Shown piece by piece: positions 19,032-29,512 of a DNA stretch of 64,000 nt. How positions within the stretch are numbered: the stretch's first letter is position 1; every line of letters starts with the position of its first letter. A program made the translations under genes and the position numbers. The DNA comes from Rhabdothermincola salaria (GTDB taxonomy: Bacteria > Actinomycetota > Acidimicrobiia > Acidimicrobiales > Acidimicrobilacustridaceae). The stretch spans positions 434,001-498,000 of the forward strand of contig NZ_JAJQXW010000001.1 of the NCBI RefSeq assembly GCF_021246445.1, given 5' to 3'. The notes under the pieces are model-generated. The model had not been told where the DNA came from. It ran no database searches and worked only from the letters and a program-made list of their open reading frames with translations.

Positions 19032-20642
19032 GTGCACCGAGTCGAGAACCGGAAGCGAGGGCGAGCGCAGCGCCCCCTCAGGGCTCAGGACGGGTTCATC
19101 CTCGTGCTCACCGCGCTGCTGTTGCTACCGCTGCTGGCCTTCACGGGGCTCGCCGTGGACCTCGGCTCGTGGCTGGGGCGAGCCGCACAGATCCAGAAGG
19201 CGGCGGATGCCGCCGCACTGGCCGGCGTGGCCTACCTGCCCGACACCGGCCGCGCCGACCGCGCGGCGCGGGAGGTGGCCACCGCCAACGGGTTCACCGA
19301 CGGCACCGATGGGATCTCCGTCTCGGTCACACCGGTCTCCGGGAACAGCGCTCAGCTCCGCGTGACCATCACCGACGCCGGCGCCGACCAGTACTTCACC
19401 GAGCCCTTCACCGGGGGTGCTGTCGACATCACTCGTGCGTCAACCGCCGAGTACATCAAGCCGGTGCCCATGGGCAGCCCCAAGAACTTCCTCGGCACCG
19501 GCGGTCTGCTCAGTGGGTCCAATCGTGAGAACTTCTTCTTGGCGGTGAGCGGGGGATGCTCTTCGAAGGAGCAGGGCGACCGCATCATGACCCAGACCGA
19601 CGCCAACTTCACCACGACGAACAACCCCCCTACGGGATCGAACGGGTGGAACCGGTGCACCGGTTCCACCACGATCGTCAACCAGAGCTACGACCCGAAC
19701 GGGTACTTCTACGCAGTCGAGTTCGCCCAGGACTACGCCGGTTCGGTGCGCCTCCAGGTCTACGACGCCCCCTACTGCACCAGCGGTGGGGCAGGGGACT
19801 CCACCGGCGCCTTCACCACGCGCTTCACGGTGAGGGACAACACCTCCTTCAACCCCTTGAACACCGGCGTCATCAACAGTCGCGTCTTCTCGCCTTCGGA
19901 TTGCGGCTCGTGGGGTGGGCGATGGGAGACCCTCCACACCCTCGTGAACCCGACGGCGGGCACCTACTTCATCCAGGTGCAGGGGCAATCGCAGGCCGAG
20001 GCCGGCAGCCAGGACCAGATGGGCTCCAACTCGTTTGGGCTCCGCGCCCTCGAGACCCGCTACGGAGGGTCGTTCCAGCCGTGCACGTCGGACCCGAGCC
20101 AGTCCGGTTCCCGAGTCGACTGCCCCAACGTCTACGGCGTGAACAACATGGGGATCCTGGCCGCGCTCGCTGGGACCACGCCGTCGTTCTACCTGGCCGA
20201 GATCGGCCCCGAGCACAACAACAAGACCATGGAGATCAGCTTGTGGGACCCGGGCGAGGGCTCGCTCGAACTCGAAGTCCTCGACCCGACCGGTGACCCC
20301 GCGACGTTCCGATGGGAAGTCCTCTGCCAGGACGGCAGCTCGGCGCCGTGCGCGGGCGAGATCGCACCCAACGGTGGCTACGGGCCTCAGGTGGACGACG
20401 AGCTCGACCTCGGGAACCCGTCGAGCGACTATCCCCAGCCCGGTCCGCACCGGGTGTCGACCTCCAAGTACAGCGATCGGCTCCTCAAGCTCACCATCGA
20501 GCTCCCCACCGACATCACCGCCGCCTATGGGGGGCTCACCTGGTGGAGGATCCGCTACACGGTGGGCAGCGCCCCCACCGACCGCACGACGTGGGCTGTC
20601 GCCGTGAAGGGCGACCCCGTGCGACTGATCCCCAACGACTGA
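19032..20642 (+). CDS. TadG-like pilus-associated adhesin
   Basis: QDG|FILV..., GLAVDLG, QKAADAAALAG (Tad N-terminal domain); large Cys/Gly/Thr-rich extracellular region; no obvious vWA MIDAS motif. Confidence 0.85.
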   Translation: MHRVENRKRGRAQRPLRAQDGFILVLTALLLLPLLAFTGLAVDLGSWLGRAAQIQKAADAAALAGVAYLPDTGRADRAAREVATANGFTDGTDGISVSVTPVSGNSAQLRVTITDAGADQYFTEPFTGGAVDITRASTAEYIKPVPMGSPKNFLGTGGLLSGSNRENFFLAVSGGCSSKEQGDRIMTQTDANFTTTNNPPTGSNGWNRCTGSTTIVNQSYDPNGYFYAVEFAQDYAGSVRLQVYDAPYCTSGGAGDSTGAFTTRFTVRDNTSFNPLNTGVINSRVFSPSDCGSWGGRWETLHTLVNPTAGTYFIQVQGQSQAEAGSQDQMGSNSFGLRALETRYGGSFQPCTSDPSQSGSRVDCPNVYGVNNMGILAALAGTTPSFYLAEIGPEHNNKTMEISLWDPGEGSLELEVLDPTGDPATFRWEVLCQDGSSAPCAGEIAPNGGYGPQVDDELDLGNPSSDYPQPGPHRVSTSKYSDRLLKLTIELPTDITAAYGGLTWWRIRYTVGSAPTDRTTWAVAVKGDPVRLIPND

Positions 20643-20710
20643 CCCGACGGCAGCGTCCGCCTGAGAACCTTCGTCGGAGCGGGGTCGGTGGCGCCGTAGG
20701 CTTGGCCGCC

Positions 20711-22003
20711 GTGTCCGGATTCGTCGACGAGTGCCAGATCCACGTGCGAGCAGGCGACGGCGGCGCGGGCGCGGTCGCCGTGCGACGCGAAGCCCACGTG
20801 GCCAAGGGCGGCCCCGACGGCGGCGACGGCGGCAAGGGCGGCGACGTCTGGTTGGTGGCCGACACCAACGTGGCCTCGTTGCTCGCCTTTCGCGATCACC
20901 CCCACCGGCGGGCTGGCAACGGCGCGCACGGGTCGGGCAAGAAGAAGCACGGCGCCGGCGGCGACGACACCATCGTGCACGTCCCCGAAGGGACCGTCGT
21001 GCTCGACCGCGACGGCACCGTGCTCGCCGACCTGGTGCACGCCGGCGACCGCTGGATGGCCGCCGCCGGCGGCCGGGGCGGCAAGGGCAACGCCCGCTTC
21101 CTGTCCAACAAGCGCCGCGCCCCCATGTTCGCCGAGCAGGGAGAGGAGGGCGAGGAGTTCTGGCTCAACCTCGAGCTCAAGCTCATGGCCGACGTCGCCC
21201 TCGTCGGCTTCCCCAACGTCGGCAAGTCCACCCTCATCTCGCGGGTGTCGGCCGCCAAGCCCCGCATCGCCGACTACCCCTTCACCACCCTCGAGCCCAA
21301 CCTCGGCGTGGTCCGCCTCGACGACGGCTTCGAGTACGTGGTGGCGGACATCCCGGGCCTCATCGAAGGGGCCAGCGAGGGCAAGGGCCTCGGCCACCGC
21401 TTCCTGCGCCACATCGAACGGGCCCGGGTGCTGGTGCTGCTCATCGACCTCGCCGGCGGCGACACCGGGACCACCTCCGCCGACCCCGCCGAGCAGATCG
21501 CCGTGCTCCTGCGCGAGCTCGAGCAGTACCAGCCTGATCTCGTCGACCGACCCCGCCTGCTCGTCGGGTCCCGCGCCGACCTGGTCCCCGAGGTCCTGCC
21601 CCTCGCCGAAGCCGGCGACGGCATGGTGACCGGCGACGGCGTCGCCCTCGACCTGTGCATCTCGGCGGTCACCGGTGCCGGGCTGGCCCACCTGCGGGGT
21701 CGCCTGGCCGACGCCGTGCGTGAGGTGCGGGCGGTCGTCCCCGAGAAGGAGGGGTTCGTCATCCACCGGCCCTTCGCCGAGGGCGTCGAGGTCGTGCGCG
21801 ACGACGACGGCAGCTTCCGGGTCCTCGGTCGCGAAGCCCAGCGGGCCGTGGCCCTGTCGGACCTCACCAACGACGAAGCCCTCGACTTCGCCCACGCCCG
21901 CCTCAAGAAGCTCGGTGTCGACCGGGCCCTCGCCCGCGCCGGTGCCCGCGAGGGCGACATCGTGCACATCGGTGGCCTGAGCTTCGAGTACGAGGACGAA
22001 TGA
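20711..22003 (+). CDS. obgE: GTPase ObgE
   Basis: FVDE, GGPDGGDGGKGG, GFPNVGKST, IADYPFTTLEPNLG, DIPGLIEGAS; C-terminal DUF1967-like domain. Confidence 0.97.
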   Translation: MSGFVDECQIHVRAGDGGAGAVAVRREAHVAKGGPDGGDGGKGGDVWLVADTNVASLLAFRDHPHRRAGNGAHGSGKKKHGAGGDDTIVHVPEGTVVLDRDGTVLADLVHAGDRWMAAAGGRGGKGNARFLSNKRRAPMFAEQGEEGEEFWLNLELKLMADVALVGFPNVGKSTLISRVSAAKPRIADYPFTTLEPNLGVVRLDDGFEYVVADIPGLIEGASEGKGLGHRFLRHIERARVLVLLIDLAGGDTGTTSADPAEQIAVLLRELEQYQPDLVDRPRLLVGSRADLVPEVLPLAEAGDGMVTGDGVALDLCISAVTGAGLAHLRGRLADAVREVRAVVPEKEGFVIHRPFAEGVEVVRDDDGSFRVLGREAQRAVALSDLTNDEALDFAHARLKKLGVDRALARAGAREGDIVHIGGLSFEYEDE

Positions 22004-22034
22004 CCACCGAGGCCCGGGCGGTGGGAGCGACCCC

Positions 22035-23129
22035 ATGATCGTGGTGGCCAAGATCGGCACCTCCTCGGTGACCGATGCCGAGGGCCACGTGAGCGTCGCC
22101 GCGGTGGCCAAGCTCTGCGGCGAGGTCGCCGCCCTGCGCGCCGCCGGCCACCAGGTTGTCGTGGTCACCTCCGGTGCCATCGGCGCCGGGCTCCCGGCCC
22201 TCGGCCTCGGCGGCCCCGCCCGCCCCCGCGACGCGGGCACCCTCCAGGCCGTCTCCGCCGTCGGCCAGAGCCGCCTCATGCGGGTCTACGACGAGGCCCT
22301 CGCCGGCCACGGGCTGGTGTCGGGCCAGGTGCTGCTCGCCCCGCTCGACTTCATGGAGCGCCGCCAGTACCTCCACGCCCGAGGCACCCTCCTGCGCCTC
22401 CTCGAGCTCGGCGTGGTGCCCGTGGTGAACGAGAACGACGCCATCGCCGACGACGAGATCCGCTTCGGTGACAACGACCGCCTCGCCGCCCTCGTCGCCC
22501 ACCTCGTCGACGCCGGGCTGCTGGTGCTGCTCACCGACACCCCCGGCCTGCTCTCCGCCGACCCCCGGCTCGACCCCTCCGCGTCGCTCATCGAAGAGAT
22601 CGTGGAGGTCGACCACGCCCTCGAGTCGCTCGCCGGCGGACCCGGCACGCCCGGGGGCAGCGGCGGCATGGCCTCCAAGATCGCCGCCGCCAAGATCGCC
22701 GCCTGGTCCGGGGTGCGTACCGTCATCGCTGCCGCCACCCGCGGCGACGTGCTGCGCGATGCCGCCGACGGCGTGCCCGGCGTGGGCACCGTCGTGGTGC
22801 CCCACACCCGCCGCCTCGCCGCCCGCAAGCTCTGGATCGCGTTCGCCGTCGGCTCCTCCGGCACCATCACCGTCGACGACGGGGCCCGTGCCGCTCTGTC
22901 ACGGGGCGGTGTGTCGCTCCTGCCCGCCGGCGTCACCGCCGTCACCGGTCGCTTCGACGCCGACGACGCCGTCGAGATCACCGACCCCTCCGGCCGGGTC
23001 TTCGCCAAGGGGCTCATCGCCGCCGATTCGGTCACCGCCGCCACCATGGTCGGCAAGCGCACCCGCGACCTCCCCCCGGGCGCCCCCGACGAGCTCATCC
23101 ACGCCGACGACCTCGTCATCCTGCCGTGA
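22035..23129 (+). CDS. proB: Glutamate 5-kinase with PUA domain
   Basis: VAKIGTSS, VTSGAI, VNENDAI, FGDNDRL, GSGGMASK. Confidence 0.96.
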   Translation: MIVVAKIGTSSVTDAEGHVSVAAVAKLCGEVAALRAAGHQVVVVTSGAIGAGLPALGLGGPARPRDAGTLQAVSAVGQSRLMRVYDEALAGHGLVSGQVLLAPLDFMERRQYLHARGTLLRLLELGVVPVVNENDAIADDEIRFGDNDRLAALVAHLVDAGLLVLLTDTPGLLSADPRLDPSASLIEEIVEVDHALESLAGGPGTPGGSGGMASKIAAAKIAAWSGVRTVIAAATRGDVLRDAADGVPGVGTVVVPHTRRLAARKLWIAFAVGSSGTITVDDGARAALSRGGVSLLPAGVTAVTGRFDADDAVEITDPSGRVFAKGLIAADSVTAATMVGKRTRDLPPGAPDELIHADDLVILP

Positions 23130-23143
23130 TCCTCTGCTCAGCT

Positions 23144-23298
23144 CGGCAAGCCTCGCTGAGCCGGCTTCGCCGAAACGCGTAGCTCCTCTGAGCCGCCTCG
23201 CTGCGCGTCGGCGTCTGTAGCCCCGGCAAGCCTCGCCGAGCCGGCTTCGCCGAAGCGCGTAGCTCCTCTGAGCCGCCTCGCTGCGCGTCGGCGTCTGT
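23144..23298. repeat. Tandem direct repeat, 2 x 75 bp with 80-bp period
   Basis: 23144-23218 and 23224-23298 differ at 2 positions. Confidence 0.92.
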
Positions 23299-23324
23299 GG
23301 ACTCTGCGAGACGAGGGTGGTGGA

Positions 23325-23568
23325 CGGTGGGTGGCCGTCGAGCGGACAGCCCGGCGCGCAGGCCGAGCGCAGTGCGGCCAGGCGGCCGCCGCCTGCGCTC
23401 ACCGAAGAGTTCGTCGACCGGGCTCGGGTCGGCGCAGCTGCCGCTGCGGAGCGAGGCGAGCACCGGGCGCCGGTCGGCGGACAGGACCCGCCGGACACCA
23501 CCCGGGCTGGCTGCGGAGCGAGGCGAGCACGGAGCGCCCGGCGGTGGACAGGACCCGCCGCTCGACGA
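23325..23568. repeat. REP/BIME-like structured element, copy A (3' module duplicated)
   Basis: Homologous to 28356-28532; 23510-23568 is identical to 28474-28532 over 59 bp. Confidence 0.88.
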
Positions 23569-23619
23569 GCGCTCGGCCGACGAGCGGTCAGCTGACGAGC
23601 AGTCAGCCGATGAGCGGGC
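23564..23619. repeat. Imperfect 15-bp tandem repeat (gacgagcNNtcRgcY), about 4 units
   Basis: Units start at 23564, 23579, 23594 and 23609. Confidence 0.7.
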
Positions 23620-24450
23620 TCAGGCGGGGGGCTGGTCCTGGGGAGCGGACTGCTGGCCGGGCAGCTCGGCCTGGAGCTTCTTGGCCTCCTCGAGCAGCGC
23701 GGCGGCCTCGTGGCCCCCGGGGCTGGCCACGGGCAGGCCCATCTGCTCGCGGAGCTGATCGAGGCGGGCGATGGCTTCGGTGTTCTGCGCCGCCTTCTCG
23801 ACCTCGAGCATGCGACCCTCGACACCCTGGTTGGTGAGCTCCTGGGCGCCCTTGGCCTTGGCGTAGCGCAGCTCGATCTTCTCGCGGACCTGCTCGAAGC
23901 TGGGCACGTCCTCGCCGACCGTCACCGACAGCGACTCCATGGCCGCGTTCATCTGCTCCTGCATCTTGGCCTGGTCGAGCTGGCCCAGCAGCTTCTGGCG
24001 CTCGGCCAGCTTCTCTTGCAGGGCGGCGGAGTTCTGCGAGACCGCGGCCTTGGCCTGCTCGGCCGCCTGGGAGGACTGCAGGACCAGGGTCTTGGAGTCC
24101 TCGACGTCGGCCTCGATGGCGATGAGGCGGTTGGCGAAGGCCTCGGCGGCGTGGGTGTACTCGACCGCCTTGTCCTGGTCGCCGGCCTTGTTGGCCTGGT
24201 CGGCCATGACCAACGCCTGGCGGGCGTTGGCGGTGAGCGTCTCGTACTCGCCCATCGTCCGGTTCAGGCGCATCTCGGCCTGCTTCTGGTTGGCGATGAC
24301 GTTGGCGGCCTGCTCCCGCAGGCGCCGATGTTGGTCCTGGGCGTCGCGGATCGCCTGTTCGAGCTGGACCTTGGGGTCGGCCCGCTCGTCGAGTGACGTG
24401 TCGGCCTTGGCCCCGAGGTACTTCCACCATCGCTTGAGCGCCTTGAACAT
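23620..24450 (-). CDS. pspA: PspA/IM30 family protein
   Basis: ADPKVQLEQAI, AANVIANQKQ, QLDQAKMQEQM, PSFEQVREKIE; ATG 7 nt after TAGCCT. Confidence 0.93.
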   Translation of the reverse strand: MFKALKRWWKYLGAKADTSLDERADPKVQLEQAIRDAQDQHRRLREQAANVIANQKQAEMRLNRTMGEYETLTANARQALVMADQANKAGDQDKAVEYTHAAEAFANRLIAIEADVEDSKTLVLQSSQAAEQAKAAVSQNSAALQEKLAERQKLLGQLDQAKMQEQMNAAMESLSVTVGEDVPSFEQVREKIELRYAKAKGAQELTNQGVEGRMLEVEKAAQNTEAIARLDQLREQMGLPVASPGGHEAAALLEEAKKLQAELPGQQSAPQDQPPA

Positions 24451-24591
24451 GCCCGGAAGGCTAACCGGCCTTCCGTCGCCTTTGGCGGCCGGGCCCGACA
24501 CCCGCTCGTGCAGGGTTCGTCGGGCTCCCCCGCGACGACGTGGTGCAACGTCGCCGGGGAGGGGGTTCGGCGTCGCCCAGCGCCGCAGAGG

Positions 24592-26214
24592 TCAGCCGGG
24601 GGGAGAGGTCGGGGGTGTCGGAGGCGACTGGTCGTCGGCGGGGGCCAGACGGCGACCGCGCAGGCGGTTGGTGACGGCCTGGAGCTCCTCGGCCCGCAGG
24701 GCCCACAGCACGAGCCCGTAGGCGAGCGTCCCGAGAGCCCCGGACGCGAGGCCGGCCACCACGCCGTGGCCGAGGACGGCCTGCACCGCCACGATGACGG
24801 CCACGAGGGCGGCCGTCGCCCCCACCAGGCGGGCGATCCCCACCAGGGTGCGCCGGTCGAACCACGGGCCGATCCGGCGTTGGAGGGCCACCAGGGCGAC
24901 CACGGCGAACACCGCATAGGCGACCGAGAACGACGCCGCCAGGCCCTCGACGCCGAAGGGCCCGACGAAGGCGATGGCCAGCACCACGTTGAGGGCGTTC
25001 TGGCCCAGGTTGATCCAGAAGGGGGTGCGGGTGTCGCGCAGGGCGTAGAAGCCCCGCATGGCGTAGAGGTAGGCGGCGAAGAAGGGCAGGCCGGCGGAGA
25101 AGGCGGCGAGCGTGCCGGCGATGGTGTCGCCCGACTCGGCGTCGAGCGCGCCACGCTCGAGGGCCACGGTCACGACGGGTCCGGCCAGCAGGGTGAGTCC
25201 CGCGGCGGCCGGCAACAACAGCACCAGCACGAGGCGGAGGCCGTAGGTGAAACGGGCTCGCAGTGCGGCCATCTCCCCGCGCACGGCGGCGCCGGCCATC
25301 TCGGGGGTGAAGGCCACCATGACCGACACCGCCCACAGGCCGTAGGGGAGCTGGAAGAACATGTAGGCGACGGTGTAGGCGGTGACCCCGTCGACCCCGT
25401 TGGCCAACACGATGACCGTGAAGAAGGCGACCTGGTTGGCGAGGACGTAGCCGAGCGTCCACGCCGAGAGCCGGACCACCTGGCGCACGGCCGGGTTGCG
25501 CAGCTCGAAGCGCCACCGCAGCTTGATGCCGGCGTGGCGCATGGCGGGCCACAGCACCACGGTCATGGCGACGATGCCGGCCGTGGTGCCCAGACCGAGC
25601 AGGAGCAGCAGCCCGGTGTCGTCGCGGACCTGATCGAAGGTGGGCTGGTCCCCGCCGGCGAAGCGGGGCAGCGCCAGGAACAGGCAGATGACCACGACGT
25701 TGTTGAGCACCGGGGCGAAGGCGGGCACCGCGAACGAGCGCCGGGCGTTCAACAAGGCGGTGCCGAGGGTGGTCAGCCCGTAGAAGAACATCTGGGGCAG
25801 GAACATCACCAGCAGCGGCACGGCCACCTCGGCCTGGCGCTCGGCGTCGGCGGGGTCGGTGGTGATGCTGTAGGCCCGGATGATCCACGGTGCCGCCACC
25901 ATGGCCAGCAGGGTCATGGCGGCGAGGACCACGGTGATCACCGTGGCCAGGGCGTCGATGCCGTCCTGGTCGTCGCGGTCCATGTGCTCGACCACGACCG
26001 GGACCAGGGTGGCGGCGAGGATGCCGCCGAGCACCAGGTCGTAGAGCATGTTGGGTGTGTTGTTGGCCAGGTTGAAGGCCTCGGCCAGCGCAGTGGTGCC
26101 CAGCGCGTAGACGATGACCGCAGTGCGGACCAGCCCGCTGATCCGGCTGAGGGCGGTGCCGACCGCGACCGTGGCCGATGACCGGAGCAGGCGGTTGCCG
26201 CTCGGCGCGGTCAC
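24592..26214 (-). CDS. murJ: MurJ/MviN lipid II flippase
   Basis: [40 protein letters not shown]; many TM helices. Confidence 0.93.
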   Translation of the reverse strand: MTAPSGNRLLRSSATVAVGTALSRISGLVRTAVIVYALGTTALAEAFNLANNTPNMLYDLVLGGILAATLVPVVVEHMDRDDQDGIDALATVITVVLAAMTLLAMVAAPWIIRAYSITTDPADAERQAEVAVPLLVMFLPQMFFYGLTTLGTALLNARRSFAVPAFAPVLNNVVVICLFLALPRFAGGDQPTFDQVRDDTGLLLLLGLGTTAGIVAMTVVLWPAMRHAGIKLRWRFELRNPAVRQVVRLSAWTLGYVLANQVAFFTVIVLANGVDGVTAYTVAYMFFQLPYGLWAVSVMVAFTPEMAGAAVRGEMAALRARFTYGLRLVLVLLLPAAAGLTLLAGPVVTVALERGALDAESGDTIAGTLAAFSAGLPFFAAYLYAMRGFYALRDTRTPFWINLGQNALNVVLAIAFVGPFGVEGLAASFSVAYAVFAVVALVALQRRIGPWFDRRTLVGIARLVGATAALVAVIVAVQAVLGHGVVAGLASGALGTLAYGLVLWALRAEELQAVTNRLRGRRLAPADDQSPPTPPTSPPG

Positions 26215-26801
26215 CGTTCGGAGGTGCCCGGGGCCGGCGGCAGGGCCGGCAGCTCGGCGAGGCCGGCAGAGAGGTTGGTGAGCTCGGCGACGACGTCGGT
26301 CACGGCCGAGCCGATGAGGGCCAGCGAGTCGGTCTGCTGGGTGGCGCCCAGCTCGAGGGCGCGGGTCACGACCTCGTCGAGGCGGGCGTCGAGGTCGCCC
26401 AGCCGCGCCTCGGTGGACACCAGGCGCTGGTCGATGCGCTTGGCGATCTCGAGCTGTCGGCGGCGGGCCTCGGCGGCGGCCCCGTCGCTGCGCTCGAGCT
26501 CGGCCAGGATGTCGCCGAGGTCGATCGCCTCACGCGCGTCCGTGAGATCCTGGCCGGCCGACGCCACCTGCCAGGTCTGGTCGACGGCGGTGGCCACATC
26601 GCGGCCGACCACCTCGAGGCGGTCTCGCAGCGGTCCCTTGTCGAGCCGGCGGACGGCGGCGTGGTAACGATCCTCGGCGGCGACGGCGTCGTCGACGAAG
26701 GGGCGCCAGCGGGGGCCCAGGGCCCGGCTGCGCATCCTCCAGCGGGACCGGCGGGGGAGGAGGGCCGCGAGCCGGTTCCGCCATCGAGAGCGGCGCGTCA
26801 C
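26211..26801 (-). CDS. Hypothetical coiled-coil protein coupled to murJ
   Basis: Helical protein (WRPFVDDA...GPLRDRL...[15 protein letters not shown]); stop overlaps the murJ GTG; start uncertain. Confidence 0.7.
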   Translation of the reverse strand: MTRRSRWRNRLAALLPRRSRWRMRSRALGPRWRPFVDDAVAAEDRYHAAVRRLDKGPLRDRLEVVGRDVATAVDQTWQVASAGQDLTDAREAIDLGDILAELERSDGAAAEARRRQLEIAKRIDQRLVSTEARLGDLDARLDEVVTRALELGATQQTDSLALIGSAVTDVVAELTNLSAGLAELPALPPAPGTSER

Positions 26802-26912
26802 GACCCCACCACGACGCGCCCGTCGTCTCGCGTCGGTCCTGGGTCGGCCATGGGCGACAACGTACCTGCACCGGCTCCGGGCCCCGTGGTGCCCGCCGGT
26901 AGCCTGACGACC

Positions 26913-28193
26913 GTGTCGACCGAAGCCTCCCTCTCCGCGTCCCCCGCCGCCGCCACTGCCGTCGCCGACCTGGCCCGTCGGGTGAAGGCCGCCTCCCGGG
27001 TGGTGGCCACCGCCTCCACCGAGGTCAAGGACGAGGCCCTCCGGCGGGCGGCGGACCTCCTGGTGGCCCGGTCCGGCGAGATCCTCGCCGCCAACGCCAC
27101 CGACGTGGCCCGGGCCGAGGCCGACGGGGTGTCCCCGACGGTCGTCGATCGCCTGCGCCTCACCGAGGCGCGCATCCAGGCCATGGCCGGCGGCCTGGCG
27201 CAGGTGGCCGCCCTGGCCGACCCGGTGGGCGAGGTGCTCGACGGTTGGGTGCGTCCCAACGGGCTGCGCATCCGCCGCGTCCGGGTGCCGCTGGGCGTGG
27301 TGGCCATCATCTACGAGAACCGACCCAACGTCACCTCCGACGCCGCGGGGCTCTGCCTCAAGTCCGGCAACGCCGCCTTCCTGCGCGGGTCGTCGGGGGC
27401 CATCTCGTCCAACACGGTGATCGCCGACGCCCTGCGCGACGCCGCGGCCGATGCCGGCCTCCCCGCCGACAGCGTCGTGCTCGTCACCGACACCAGCCGC
27501 GAGGCCGCGGTGGAGTTCATGCGCCAGCGGGGCTCCGTCGACTGCCTCATCCCCCGGGGTGGCCCGTCGCTCATCCAGTCGATCCTCGACAACGCCACGG
27601 TGCCGTTCGTGATCGACGGCGACGGCAATTGCCACGTCTACGTCGACGCCGATGCCGACCTCGACATGGCCCTCGACATCATCGTGAACGCCAAGACCCA
27701 GCGGCCGTCGGTGTGCAACGCGGCCGAGACGATGCTGGTGCACGCCGACGTGGCCGACGCCTTCCTGCCCCGGGCCGCCGCCGCCCTCCACGGGGTGGAG
27801 CTGCTGGGCGACGCGCAGGCCTGCGCTCGAATGCCCGGGGCGGTGCCGGCCGACGACGAGGCGTGGGCCACCGAGTTCCTCGATCTGCGCCTGGCCGTCA
27901 AGGTCGTCGACTCCCTCGACCACGCCGTGGAGCACATCTCGACCTACGGCTCGGGCCACAGCGAGGCCATCGTCACCCGCTCGCTGGCCGCCGCCGAGCG
28001 CTTCACCCACGAGGTCGACGCCGCCGCCGTGCTGGTGAACGCCTCCACCCGCTTCGTCGACGGCGAGGAGTTCGGCTTCGGCGCCGAGATCGGCATCTCC
28101 ACCCAGAAGCTCCACGCCCGCGGCCCCATGGGCCTCCGCGAGCTCACCTGCGTCAAGTACCTGGTCCACGGCACCGGCCAGACCCGCGCCTGA
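26913..28193 (+). CDS. proA: Gamma-glutamyl phosphate reductase
   Basis: [55 protein letters not shown]. Confidence 0.97.
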   Translation: MSTEASLSASPAAATAVADLARRVKAASRVVATASTEVKDEALRRAADLLVARSGEILAANATDVARAEADGVSPTVVDRLRLTEARIQAMAGGLAQVAALADPVGEVLDGWVRPNGLRIRRVRVPLGVVAIIYENRPNVTSDAAGLCLKSGNAAFLRGSSGAISSNTVIADALRDAAADAGLPADSVVLVTDTSREAAVEFMRQRGSVDCLIPRGGPSLIQSILDNATVPFVIDGDGNCHVYVDADADLDMALDIIVNAKTQRPSVCNAAETMLVHADVADAFLPRAAAALHGVELLGDAQACARMPGAVPADDEAWATEFLDLRLAVKVVDSLDHAVEHISTYGSGHSEAIVTRSLAAAERFTHEVDAAAVLVNASTRFVDGEEFGFGAEIGISTQKLHARGPMGLRELTCVKYLVHGTGQTRA

Positions 28194-28264
28194 CGCCCCG
28201 CCCACCGGGAGGCCGAGCGCAGGGGCAGTCGCCCGGACCTGGGATGCGCGTCGGATGAGCACAG

Positions 28265-28532
28265 CGGTTGGTGGCCGTCGAGGGGACGGCCCGGCGCGCC
28301 GTGTGGCGCAACGGGTGGGCCGACGCCGTGTGGGATCCGCGTCGAGTGAGGAGAGCGGTGGGTGGCCGCCGTCGGGACAGCTCCGCGCGCAGGCCGAGCG
28401 CAGTGCGGCCCGGCGGCCGCCGCCTGCGGTCGCCGAAGCGTTCGGCGACCTTGCCCGGGTCGGCGAAGCCGCCGCTGCGGAGCGAGGCGAGCACGGAGCG
28501 CCCGGCGGTGGACAGGACCCGCCGCTCGACGA
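28265..28532. repeat. REP/BIME-like structured element, copy B (full unit 28356-28532 plus partial 5' module at 28265)
   Basis: Homology to 23325-23568; perfect hairpin ggtcgccgaa-gcg-ttcggcgacc. Confidence 0.88.
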
Positions 28533-28609
28533 ACGGTCACGGCCGCAACGGTGAGCAGGAGAAGAAGGGCCGCACCGCGTCGGCGGGGGCGGGGATAGGG
28601 TCGATCTTC

Positions 28610-29512
28610 ATGGATTACCGCTTCGAGTCGCCTGCTGCTGTCCGCTCGTCGCTCAAGGAGGTCGACTACCTCTCCGACGAGGGCATCGCCGGCGTGGTGT
28701 TCCTGGCCGACCGCCTGGGCAAGCCGGTGCTGGTCGAGGGCCCAGCCGGCACGGGCAAGACCCAGCTGGCCAAGTCGGTGGCCGAGGTCCTCGGGGCCCG
28801 GCTCATCCGGCTGCAGTGCTACGAAGGCCTCGACGAGTCCAAGGCCCTCTACGAGTGGAACTACAAGAAGCAGCTGCTGCGCATCCAGGCCGAGCGCAAC
28901 AACGAGTCGACCTGGGAGGACATCGAGGACGACATCTTCGGTGAGGACTTCCTGCTCACCCGACCGTTGCTGGAGGCCATCCGGGCCACCGACCCGGTGG
29001 TGCTGCTCATCGACGAGGTCGACCGGGTGGAGGTCGAGACCGAGGCCCTGCTGCTCGAGATCCTCTCCGACTACCAGGTCTCCATCCCTGAGCTGGGCAC
29101 GGTCGAGGCCACCCAGATCCCGATGGTGTTCCTCACCTCCAACAACACCCGGGAGCTCTCCGAGGCCCTCAAGCGCCGGTGCCTGTTCCTGCACATCGAC
29201 TACCCGGACATGGAGCGCGAGAAGGAGATCGTGCTCACCAAGATCCCCGACATCACCGAGCAGCTGGCCGACCAGGTGGCCCGCATCGTGCGGTCCATCC
29301 GCCAGCTCGAGCTGAAGAAGTCGCCGTCGGTGTCCGAGACGCTCGACTGGGCCCGCACCTTGCTGCTGCTGGGCGTGGACTCGGTGTCGGAGGCGGAGGC
29401 CACCGAGACCATCAACATCCTGCTCAAGTACCAGAGCGACATCGCCAAGGCGTCCAAGGAGCTGGCCGGCGACACCAGCGGGGCCCGCAAGCCGGGAGTG
29501 CCCCGCACGTGA
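28610..29512 (+). CDS. MoxR family AAA+ ATPase (CoxD-like)
   Basis: Walker A GPAGTGKT, RLQCYEGLD..KALYEWNY, Walker B LLIDEVD, TSNNTRELSEALKRRC. Confidence 0.93.
   Translation: MDYRFESPAAVRSSLKEVDYLSDEGIAGVVFLADRLGKPVLVEGPAGTGKTQLAKSVAEVLGARLIRLQCYEGLDESKALYEWNYKKQLLRIQAERNNESTWEDIEDDIFGEDFLLTRPLLEAIRATDPVVLLIDEVDRVEVETEALLLEILSDYQVSIPELGTVEATQIPMVFLTSNNTRELSEALKRRCLFLHIDYPDMEREKEIVLTKIPDITEQLADQVARIVRSIRQLELKKSPSVSETLDWARTLLLLGVDSVSEAEATETINILLKYQSDIAKASKELAGDTSGARKPGVPRT

Noticed and set aside
23144..23619. CRISPR array
   Set aside because: Repeats are 59-75 bp or 15 bp, with no unique 30-40 bp spacers and no cas genes
23116..23837. Short ORFs over the repeat region, and at 28153-28598
   Set aside because: Translations of non-coding repeats; the shared peptides merely reflect the DNA repeat
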